A DNA stretch of 64,000 nucleotides from Eledone cirrhosa (lineage: Eukaryota), in assembly GCA_964016885.1 (NCBI GenBank), contig OZ024746.1, positions 100,564,001-100,628,000 of the forward strand, given 5' to 3'. Each line of letters starts with the position of its first letter. Position 1 is the first letter of the stretch. Shown here piece by piece: positions 51,491-61,600 of this stretch. Below the pieces are notes generated by a model. It was given only the letters and a program-made list of their open reading frames with translations. It was not told the DNA's origin and did no database searches. The position numbers and the translations under genes are program-made.

Positions 51491-51572
51491 TCCCTAGAAG
51501 GTAGAACTAATGTAGTGATTTAATATAATATATGAACAAATAATAATTTATAGTCCTCTTATTATGATCAAT

Positions 51573-51612
<40 letters not shown>

Positions 51613-52317
51613 CTGAAAACTCTGGTTTAATTATTATACTTTAGGCACTCTAACTATTTAACAATAAATTCCTTGATAGTTATAACAGAAAATACTTCAT
51701 AAACTATACATACGGAAAATGTTGTCACTGTTACAAGTAATTTTGTTAAAGATTACCTTTGTGAGAATATTGAACAGTATATATTTTTCTTTCACGGGCC
51801 TAGTAAATCCTTCAAATTTGTTTTCATAAAACTTTGAATCTTAGAAATTTAACACATTTATAAAATTTATAAAATTAATACAAATAACCATCAACTTTCA
51901 AAACTAAAATTTTGATTCTTTACCCTAACATAACATAAATTAAATATTTTGAAATTTAACTGCCAAGGCTATACATGTTTATATGTGTCCGAAGAAAATT
52001 TGAGCATAAATTACCCCCCTTTATCTCTCCCTCTCTTTAATTATCTATCAGTTGCATTCTCAAGCTAAAAACTAAATAAATTATAACTCCAGATACGTCT
52101 TCTTCTATAGTCCTATAGTAGTATTCCAGACTTTAAAAACTCTATAACTGTTACATTAAGATGATGTTTTTCTTACTCACACTCTCCCTATTGATTCTAT
52201 TACGTTTTCGCATGTTCTCAATATTAGGGTATAAATATAGAGATTTCTCATAAATTAATCACTACCTTGATTAAATCTTAACCATCTAACATGTCAGGGT
52301 ATGTCATGTATCATTTT

Positions 52318-52383
52318 ATTTTATCTGATGGGGACGTACTGTTGAACCTGATTCAAGTACCTCCGAAATATGTATAATAAAAT
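52318..52383 (+). ncRNA. Type I hammerhead ribozyme motif (HHR3), core variant CTGATGG
   Basis: ATTTTAT-CTGATGG-GGACGTACTGTTGAACCTGATTCAAGTACCTCC-GAAA-TATGTA-TA-ATAAAAT; paralog of HHR2 with an A9-to-G change. Confidence 0.72.
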
Positions 52384-52423
52384 TTAATTGATCACAAGAA
52401 TATCTATTTTGTTAATATTTGAA

Positions 52424-52470
52424 TATATATATATATATATATATAATATATATATTGAATATATATATAT

Positions 52471-52508
<38 letters not shown>

Positions 52509-52510
52509 AT
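52424..52510. repeat. Interrupted (TA)n microsatellite
   Basis: Direct reading. Confidence 0.95.
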
Positions 52511-52588
52511 GTAGGAGGTGTTAAATCAACATGATGATTTAACACTTCACTGCTCGCAAGTGTTTTTAAGCTTCATATTATGTCTCCC

Positions 52589-52659
52589 TATTTTATCTGA
52601 TGAGAACGCAAATATCATCCCATGATGATATTTGTTTTTGAAATGCGCATAATAAAATA
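52589..52659 (+). ncRNA. Type I hammerhead ribozyme motif (HHR4)
   Basis: TATTTTAT-CTGATGA-GAACGCAAATATCATC-CCAT-GATGATATTTGTTTTT-GAA-ATGCGCAT-A-ATAAAATA: 8-bp stem I, ~15-bp stem II, palindromic stem III. Confidence 0.87.
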
Positions 52660-53159
52660 CATGGAACTCTTTTAACCATCTTTTGATTTTATATTATATA
52701 TATATATATACACACACACATTTATATATATACATACACGCGTATATATATATGGACCTTCCAGTTTCATTTCACATTATATACATGTTTGTGTATATTT
52801 TAATTATTTAAAATTATTTTTAAGTGAACATGAGCCAATGGGTGACGGGTTGTCTAGTCTCATCTAAAAGTAGTGGGTGTTTTTGTTCTTCCATACCCCT
52901 AGCAATGTAAAAGGGGAAAATCACTTTTCAACAGATGTACACATTGGTTACCTATCGCAATTATCTACAACCAATACACATCATCATCATCATTCACTCT
53001 TCTACAACAGTGAGAACTTCCACTGACAACCACATGCAAACATACCATTACAAGCTGACATCTCAGGAAGGGGAGATGCCAGCGATGACAACAACTTCGC
53101 TGTCAGCAGCCAAATTCCACCAAACATTTCAAGCGCCACTGGCTGGAAAAAATAATTAC

Positions 53160-53960
53160 TAGGTATTTACGAATTATATTCCATTCAACAATGGAAGCTG
53201 TGACCCCTACATTTAGTGCAGTATCCATGATGTGGAAGGAAACAAAGGGAATCGCTGACTGTGGCCTCCCAGATAAGACACCTGCCTCTTACAGAGTGAC
53301 AAGGGGTAAAGCCGTCTGGTCTCTTCCCATCACTTCTGGATAAACCAGCCGGCTCCAGAACTGAGAGGATATTTACCTGATTCAGGGCCCATTTGATTAT
53401 CAGGTTTAGCTTGGTATGACGGGCAAAACGACCAGCATTCAGGCAGCAGGACAAACCATGTAAACCTGTGGAGTCGAGGGACCTACCACAGCGGCATCTC
53501 AGACCCCTCACAGACATCAGCTCCCACTCGATGTGCAATGAAGATGTTGACCTCATCCTGACTGAGAAGGCCACCAATGTTGGCCACAGGCAGGGCATCA
53601 ATCCAGTCCCCCAAGAACTTTGCACTAGCAGAAAGTAAGCGGCATCTAGAAAATTGATCGGAAAGATCAAAGAGAAAGTTAAAAGTTTCCCTTGAACAGA
53701 TTGTCCCATACTCTCTGCTTCTGTCTATCCTCATCAGTAACAGGGACTGACAAACCCAGCTATCTCCTCTGTAGTAAAGCTTCAGCCAACTCCCTGGTGG
53801 AACTAGTCCAAGTTGGGAAGGAGAGGAGGTCACCCACCAAAGGGGAGCAGGCGTGGTTGGCGGGAAGAAAGCAAGAGACAAAGATGTGCATTTGTGCAGG
53901 CCAAGACCTCCCAACCATTTGGGCAAGGCAGCTAGTATCTTACATATGTATTAGGATACC
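53160..53960 (-). mobile_element. CRE-like LINE 3' fragment
   Basis: GGLGL, WIDALP, CRCGR..D..GLHGLSC, RH..LN, EP.GL.R.DGKRPDG.T, LIWEAT. Confidence 0.85.
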
Positions 53961-54245
53961 TTAATAAGGTGATATGAAATAACAGTGAGGTACTCGATGG
54001 AAGCCATGGAGTGGGGAGACCCAAGAAGACCTGGGATTAGGTGATAAAAGCTGACCTTGCCCAATTGCACCTCTCAAAGGTGATGACAGAGGACCGAGAC
54101 CTCTGGTGTTACGCAGTTATACAGAAGACCCGACTTCTCATGGGTACAAACCGAAGCTGAAGCATATCGACAGTATGCCCCCACCACCTCCCACTGTAAA
54201 GTTGTCATGGAGGTGTCACAACAAAAAGCACCCAGCCCACACTGT
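53466..54245 (-). repeat. Right arm of the inverted duplication
   Basis: Reverse complement of 43484-44261. Confidence 0.95.
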
Positions 54246-54345
54246 ACTGAGTGAACACTAGGTGGAACATCATCAGCTGGTTTAACAGCTGCAGTAGGGT
54301 TGGAATGAATTAGCTTGAAGAATGTATCAAGTTTCAATTGCTTAC

Positions 54346-54448
54346 ATTGTTGTTTTGGGAGGAAATGATCGACAAGATCCCAGACCTCCTTACCAAGTGG
54401 GATGGAAACAATGTTTCCTTGGTCTTTCCATTGCTGATGCCATCTACT
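54346..54448 (-). CDS. Unidentified host gene, candidate exon C (phase 0 to 1): SRWHQQWKDQGNIVSIPLGKEVWDLVDHFLPKQQ
   Basis: Long polypyrimidine tract plus AG; donor GTAAGC (an earlier alternative GTAAGG donor exists); in frame with exon B. Confidence 0.55.
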
Positions 54449-54560
54449 CTTGGTAGAAAAAGAAACAGGAAATAAAATGTCTTGCTCAAGAACATAATGC
54501 ATCATCCAGTCCAGGAATCAAACTTTCAACCTCACAATTACGAATCCAAATCTCTAATCC

Positions 54561-54789
54561 TTAACCCTTTAGCATTTTAACTGGCCATATCCAGCCAGAA
54601 TTCTCTCACCTCTTTCTGTTCAAATCGGACATTAGTGGCCACTCATACTGATGTTAAGGTATTGTTCTCAATTTAAATAACATCAAAATCTCAAAGATTC
54701 GATATTATGTGAGATAATTATATAAAATAATGTCTTTACCACAAAAATACAATAGTAAATAGAGAGTAATATAAATGGTAAAGGATTAA
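54561..54789 (-). mobile_element. piggyBac-type (TTAA) MITE, copy 6
   Basis: TTAA-CCCTTTAGCATTT ... AAATGGTAAAGGA-TTAA; internal sequence inverted relative to copies 1-5. Confidence 0.85.
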
Positions 54790-55011
54790 AATCATGCTAC
54801 TTTCTAGATAATGAATTTCCTTTAATGCTATAAGATGTTAAATACCAGTTTCTGTTGACAAGTCACTCTATGAAATGACATTATTAAAAGACTCTTGTGT
54901 AACAAAAAATTAGTGTTGTTTGGAAATTTTTTTGTCTTTACATTCTATTAACAATTGGTATCCAGGATCACTGTTTGTATTTTTTAACTAAGTTCTGCAT
55001 CACCTACTCAC

Positions 55012-55117
55012 TGAAGTATACAAAGAAAACATCCCTTTCCTCCATTTTTCAAAATCATATTCTATTCCTGCATCGTACAGATTTTTTCTGAGCATTGGTA
55101 CTTGGAAGATCATCCAG
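55012..55117 (-). CDS. Unidentified host gene, candidate exon B (phase 2 to 0): WMIFQVPMLRKNLYDAGIEYDFEKWRKGMFSLYTS
   Basis: Acceptor ctctcttcAG, donor GTGAGT, 106 nt; only one frame is open across it and it fits both neighbours. Confidence 0.6.
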
Positions 55118-55391
55118 CTGAAGAGAGCTTGCTAAAGGGTTGGGCGGACCCTTTAGGCAAGGACATGACAAGCTTTCTACTGCTAGTGCTATGATAAAAT
55201 GCATTTGGTAGAATGTGGAAGCATATGTAAACGAGATACAAACCCCTAGCCTGTTTGAGAGGCCTGCTTCAGTGCAGACTCAGTCTGCAAAGACCTACCC
55301 AACCCTTGCGAGCAGGGAAAAGGATGTTAAATGATGACAAGGATGAAATTGGTAGTCTTCAGTGCTTTCCTTGAAGCTACACAACTGAATA

Positions 55392-55531
55392 TTGCAGACT
55401 TGAGGTTGTAGTTATTGATGTTATGTTGTGTTGCAGACTTGAGGTTGTAGTTATTGATGTTATGTTGTGTTGCAGACTTGAGGTTGTAGTTATTGATGTT
55501 ATGTTGTGTTGCAGACTTGAGGTTGTAGTTA
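55392..55531 (+). repeat. 39-bp tandem repeat, ~3.5 copies
   Basis: Unit TTGCAGACTTGAGGTTGTAGTTATTGATGTTATGTTGTG. Confidence 0.95.
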
Positions 55532-55604
55532 TATCTTGTTCTGAGTTACTAGTAAAGGTGACATTAAAAAATAAATATACAATCTTAACTTATTTTAAGC
55601 TGAC

Positions 55605-55644
55605 CTCATCTCCAGGTGGATATTACTGCAAGTAATATCACATT
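55605..55644 (-). CDS. Unidentified host gene, candidate exon A (phase 1 to 2): xCDITCSNIHLEM(S)
   Basis: Acceptor tattttttAG, donor GAG|GTCAGC, 40 nt, phase-compatible with exon B. Confidence 0.45.
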
Positions 55645-56509
55645 CTAAAAAATACCACTTGACTAATTGGTATAAAGTTACTCACACACACTCCAGGTTC
55701 TGGTCTACAGATGTGCTGTCTCATTTCTTTGCCATTTCTACCACTTCTAGAAAGACCTCTTCTCTTCAAAGCTGACTGATATTTTGCCACCTCCACTCAG
55801 GCACACTCAACTTACTTGTCATACTTCTCAGCACCAATGTTGTATTCAACTTCCAGCCCAGAATAACAGCCCTCTGGTACTTCCTACCTACTAATATTTT
55901 CCCTACAGTTTGTGACATCAATCTCATTGGTCTTAGAGCGCTTATGAAAGCCATGGGTATTGTCTTTCCACCAGACTTAAAATGTAAAAAAATTTTTGTA
56001 AAGAAAACCAGTTTCAGTTAATGAATTTTCAATGAATTTATACGTACAAATTCTTATAGTGAAACATAGTGTTTATTAGAGTGTGAACGCAAATCAGAAA
56101 TATTAAGTTTTATATAAGTAATAGATAAACAATAAGTAGAGCGAGGATTAATTAATTAATTACAATTGTAGGTGAATTATCATTGTAGTTTGTAGGCAGG
56201 GATTGTAGGTTGCTAGAAAGACAGAGCAGTATAAAAGAAAACAATAGGGTTTGTACTGACGAAATATCTTGTCTTTATTGTTGTCACTTTGCTATTATTG
56301 TTTTACTATCAGGTCCTGTCACAATATCATACATCCAGCTATAGTATACTATACTATCAGGTCCTGTCACAATATTTGATAATAGGGGACAGAACAATTA
56401 GGGATCAATCATTATATTATTATGTTAGTTAAATATAATAAATTTACCATTTCTAATCGGTGTACAGTGTTTACTTAGCACACAAACAATATATACCTTT
56501 CTAACTTCT

Positions 56510-57425
56510 GTAACACACTATATACACCTCTATAACACTATATACACCTCTACAACACTATATATACACCTCTATAACACTATATACACCTCTATAACAC
56601 TATATACACCTCTATAACACTATATACACCTCTATAACACTATATATACACCTCTATAACACCATATATACCCCTCTATAACACACTATATACACCTCTA
56701 TAACACACTATATACACCTCTATAACACACTATATACACCTCTATAACACTATATATACACCTCTATAACACTATATACACCTCTATAACACTATATATA
56801 CACCTCTATAACACTATATATACACCTCTATAACACTATATATACACCTCTATAACACTATATACACCTCTATAACACTATATAAACACCTCTATAACAC
56901 TATATATACACCTCTATAACACTATATACACCTCTATAACACTATATACACCTCTATAACACTATATACACCTATAACACTATATATACACCTCTATAAC
57001 ACACTATATACACCTCTATAACACTATATACACCTCTATAACACTATATACACACCTCTATAACACTATATATACACCTCTATAACACTATATATACACC
57101 TCTATAACACTATATACACCTCTATAACACTATATACACACCTCTATAACACTATATATACACCTCTATAACTCTATATACACCTCTATAACACTATATA
57201 TACACCTCTATAACACTATATATACACCTCTATAACACTATATACACCTCTATAACACTATATATACACCTCTATAACACTATATACACCTCTATAACAC
57301 TATATATACACCTCTATAACACTATATATACACCTCTATAACACTATATACACCTCTATAACACTATATATACACCTCTATAACACTATATATACACATT
57401 CTATAACACTATATATACACCTCTA
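56510..57425 (+). repeat. 20-22-bp minisatellite (ACACTATATACACCTCTATA)
   Basis: Direct reading, ~43 units. Confidence 0.97.
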
Positions 57426-57572
57426 GTAGTTATTGTTAGAAGAAATAACACGAAATAGATGGTGTACTTTTGATATCAAATTTACTTCACTTCAGTTAAA
57501 AAGAACAACGAATAGGTTACTACAAGTTATAATAGTTGACAGTGTTTTGGTTGGGACTTCGTTATGTTGGTG

Positions 57573-58080
57573 TAGAGGTCTGTAGAAGTCTGTAGACCAG
57601 GAGAGAGAGAGTAAATGTCTGTAGACCAAGAGAGAGAGTAAAGGTCTGTAGAAGTCTGTAGACCAGGAGAGAGAGAGAGAGTAAAGGTCTGTAGAAGTCT
57701 GTAGACCAGGAGAGAGAGAGAGAGTAAAGGTCTGTAGAAGTCTGTAGACCAGGAGAGAGAGAGTAAAGGTCTGTAGACCAGGAGAGAGAGAGAGTAAAGG
57801 TCTGTAGAAGTTTGTAGACCAGGAGAGAGAGAGAGAGAGTAAAGGTCTGTAGAAGTCTGTAGACCAGGAGAGAGAGAGTAAAGGTCTGTAGAAGTCTGTA
57901 GACCAGGAGAGAGAGAGAGAGAGTAAAGGTCTGTAGAAGTCTGTAGACCAGGAGAGAGAGAGAGAGTAAAGGTCTGTAGACCAGGAGAGAGAGAGAGAGT
58001 AAAGGTCTGTAGACCAGGAGAGAGAGTAAAGGTCTATAGACCAGGAGGGAGAGAGTAAAGGTCCGTAGAAGTCTGTAGAA
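57573..58080 (+). repeat. ~30-45-bp minisatellite GTCTGTAGAAGTCTGTAGACCAG(GA)nGTAAAG
   Basis: Direct reading; the (GA)n spacer length varies. Confidence 0.95.
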
Positions 58081-58282
58081 AGCAAATGATTTACATAGTT
58101 ATTTTCTCATGTACTGCTCCAAAGTGTTTTTGCTTGGTCTGATACATGCTATTTATATCTGTCACCTAATCAGTTTCTCACCTCTAGGGATGGCCATGAA
58201 TAGACTTGTTTACGCCAAAAAGGAGGTGACCCAGAATATCACATTTCTGTGTCACCCAGGTTTCAAGGTGTGGACAGATTTC

Positions 58283-58682
58283 ACTATATATACACACCTC
58301 TATAACACAATATATATACAGCTCTATAACACAATATATATACAGCTCTATAACACAATATATACAACTCTATAACACTACATACACCTCTATAACACTA
58401 TATATACACCTCTATAACACACTATATACACCTGTATGACACTATATATACACCTCTATAACACTATATATACACTTCTATAACACTATATATATACACC
58501 TCTATATATACACCTCTATAACACTATATATATACACCTCTATAACACTATATATATATACCTCTATAACACAATATATACACCTCTATAACACTATATA
58601 TACCCCTCTATAACACTATATAACCTTCTATAACACTATATATACACCTCTATAACACACTATATACACCTCTATAACACTA
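58283..58682 (+). repeat. Second block of the 20-22-bp minisatellite
   Basis: Same unit as 56510-57425; ends at the Helitron junction. Confidence 0.95.
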
Positions 58683-61600
58683 CTAGCATTAAAGCCCGGC
58701 GTTGCTCGGGGTCAGTAAGTTACCAAAGTTAGGTTGCACCACCCATTTTATGACAGCACTTTTTTGTCTGCCAGGCACTGGGTGAATGAATTGCAGACCT
58801 GGACTGCCGAAGCAGGAGCTGCGCCAGCAGTGGCAATTGTAGTTTCGCCTATTGATATTATCTCTGTGCAAAGAAGTGTTCAAATTTATTGTTTCTCAGT
58901 ACTTGCGCAACATGCGCGTAGACGATGCCAGCCGAACAACAGAGCTGCGATGGAGTTGTTCTGCATGACATGTTTTAACGGGGGAGGGGGTGGATTGAGG
59001 GAACCGCAAACAGGGGCCTGAAAACATTGTCGAATTATGACAACCAAAAAAGAGGAAGAGGGGTCATTGTATGGTTGGTGCATCATGTACATCGGACGTA
59101 GAAGATGAGCCTGCTGCTGTGCCGACGGAGGGAGGGAAATAGAGCTGAGCGGAGGCCAGGTGTTGGTGAAGTGTGAAGTAATTGCAGGGAACCGCCTAAA
59201 AATGTAAATCCCATCATTAAAGCATTGTTGACCCTTTGAGAGTCGTACGGAGATGAAATACTAACCTGTCCACGGTCCTCCGAGGCCCACCAAACGGGGG
59301 TTGGTGAGGAGCAACAGCTGATATTTGAGTAGGGTCGGAGTTGCAATGAAGCTTTCTAACGCCGTGAGAATCAGCCTTTGTACGGCCGATGGTGGGGAGT
59401 GTCCAGTGCACTGCAGTGAAGGTTAACCTACTTAGAAAGTACTCACGAAAATGCAAAATATAAAAAAAGTTATAAAATTAGGAATCGAGGTAATCCTATA
59501 AAACCTCCTTGTACACAATGTGTTTTTGATTTTCCTTGCGGAACGAATGCGAAATCATCACTCTTGCTGCTGACATACGAGCAGCCAATGTAAAGCTGAC
59601 CATGAGAGAAACACGGCTCCCCCAAATGTATTCCCGCGACAGACAGTGTTTGCCCCTGCGCTTTGTTAATTGACATTGCGAAGCATGGCCTGACCGGGAA
59701 CTGGGACCTCCGAAATGTGAAAGGTAGGTCTGCTCCTGATGGGAAAAGATGCATCCTCGGTATGAGCACAACCTTGCCCCAACCGCACCCTGTGATTATC
59801 GTGGCCTCAATCAGATTGGGAGCTAAGGACTTAATGACCAAACGTGTGCCATTGCATTGTTTCGGCGGAACCAAATTTCGAATGAGCATTATAGGGGCAC
59901 CAACTTTAAGTTTCAAAATGTGTGGGGGTAATCCGGGGGCTCAAAGGAATTTAGTACCTCTATTGGATAGTTGATGACGTCCTCGGGGTCAGGAGTTCTA
60001 TCGATAGACTTATATACGTAGCCATCCCCAGGAATGAGTTTTAGCATTGGATCATTAATATAGTAAAGTTTTATTCCTCGGGGCCAGAATAGCCCTTTGG
60101 GCAAGCCAATCCATATTCTGATAATTTGCTTGGATATCTGGGAACACTGCATCCCCGAGATCAGAAGGCTTACTAACAACAGTACAAAGTGAGTCGATGG
60201 CAATATTACCCTTTTCATCCCCGGGCGTTTTGCCTTCGCCAAGTGCAAGGAGGGTGTGAGAAAATGCTGCTGATGCGATATCACCTCGCATATGAGCATG
60301 CATGTTAGTGTGAAGTTTCAGAGTCTTCACCAGGGGCCACAATTTGGATGACTTAAGACACGCACGTACTGCATCAGCTCTAGTCCCCTTTGGAATAACG
60401 GGAAGCGTTTGCCTGAGGTCCCCTGAAAGAAGTGTTATGCCTCCCATGGGAACCGTAGAGTCTTTGATGTCTCTCAGAGATCTATCTAGTGCCTCAAGAG
60501 CACCTCTGTGGGCCATCATGCATTCATCCCAAACGATAAGCTTGCAACGTCTGAACACTTCGGCCTGATCCGAGCTCTTGCTGATGTTGCAAGTGGGTGT
60601 CTCAGTCTTCGCTAAGTCAAGCGGGAGCTTGAAATAGGAGTGAGCTGTCCTGCCGCCCGACAACAAAGTAGCCGCAATTCCAGATGATGCCACAGCTAAG
60701 GCAATGCCTTCTGTTCGCCTAATCTCAGCTAATATTAATTTGGTGACAAAAGTTTTCCCAGTCCCCCCAGGAGCATCCAGGAAAAAAAATCCCCCCCAGC
60801 TTTGCCCCGGACAGAATTAACAAATGAGTTGTAAGCGAATTTCTGTTCTGGAAGGAGCTTTGGCTCATTCTCCGCTATGTACTGGGCAAGCTCGTCAACA
60901 TTATAAGATGTCTCGCGCAGCAAATCCGAAGACAGAGTGTTTGCGTCTTCCCGGTTTGTTGAAGGTGGGCCATACACCGCCAACGCACTACCGCCCATAC
61001 CGAGAACAGTATCTTCGATTTCAAGCAGCGCCCTGTTGTAAATGAGGTCACTGTACCCGACCTCCATCGATGGGTTTAGCAACTGAGTGTGACGCAGGAA
61101 ATCATCAGACATGTAATCTTTGTAGCTAAGCTATAAAGAGGCCGGATCACCCAAGTCGCACCATAGGAGTAGAATAGCGAAAAGCGATCTTAGTCTTTTA
61201 GGAGATTTCAACAAAACACCTTCTGCCATAGTGGCGCCCCATTGTGAATCATCCTCCAAAAGGCCACGCCTAAAGCAGGCTTCCCGGAAAGTATCACATA
61301 ATTCACCGTCAACAGTTCTTATGTCTCGAAAGCTTTGTGGGCCAAAAACCTCATGGAGGAGAAGGCGCAGGTGAAAACACTCATGCTGGTTGGGAGGTAC
61401 AGTGTACACTCTTCCTAGACAACTGTCAAACTTGACACAAGGATGTCATTGAACATCCTGACCTGACTTCCTATGCACCCAAGTGTTGTTTGACCACACG
61501 TAGTAGGACGGGACCTGAGGATATGAAAGTGTTTTTGCAAATGTGTCAAGTTGGCAAAGCGTAAAAAAAAAGTCAAAGTTGTTTCTTTTGGATTGGCCGC

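Larger units (their letters stand above)
48941..52425 (+). mobile_element. Penelope-like element 2 (Naiad-type, different family), 5'-truncated and frameshifted; ORF remnant to ~50790, long 3' UTR
   Basis: RLIAPSKSDIG, MDITSYYSSI, ITMGASDSAQ, GLYRNN (DD lost), NFLDVTF, KLSYS, CNCRNKPDCPLQNNCL, YIG..FKARFANH; ends at (TA)n. Confidence 0.88.
56055..58288 (-). mobile_element. Second LTR-like element related to 36845-37521, inflated by internal minisatellites
   Basis: Terminal inverted 10-mer TATAGTGAAA/TTTCACTATA; the minus-strand first ~150 bp (GAAATCTGTCCACACCTTGAAACCTGGGTGAC...ATTCTGGGTCAC) aligns by eye with the start of the 36845 element. Confidence 0.6.

Noticed and set aside
57492-58085. 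197-aa repetitive ORF
   Set aside because: Translation of a minisatellite.
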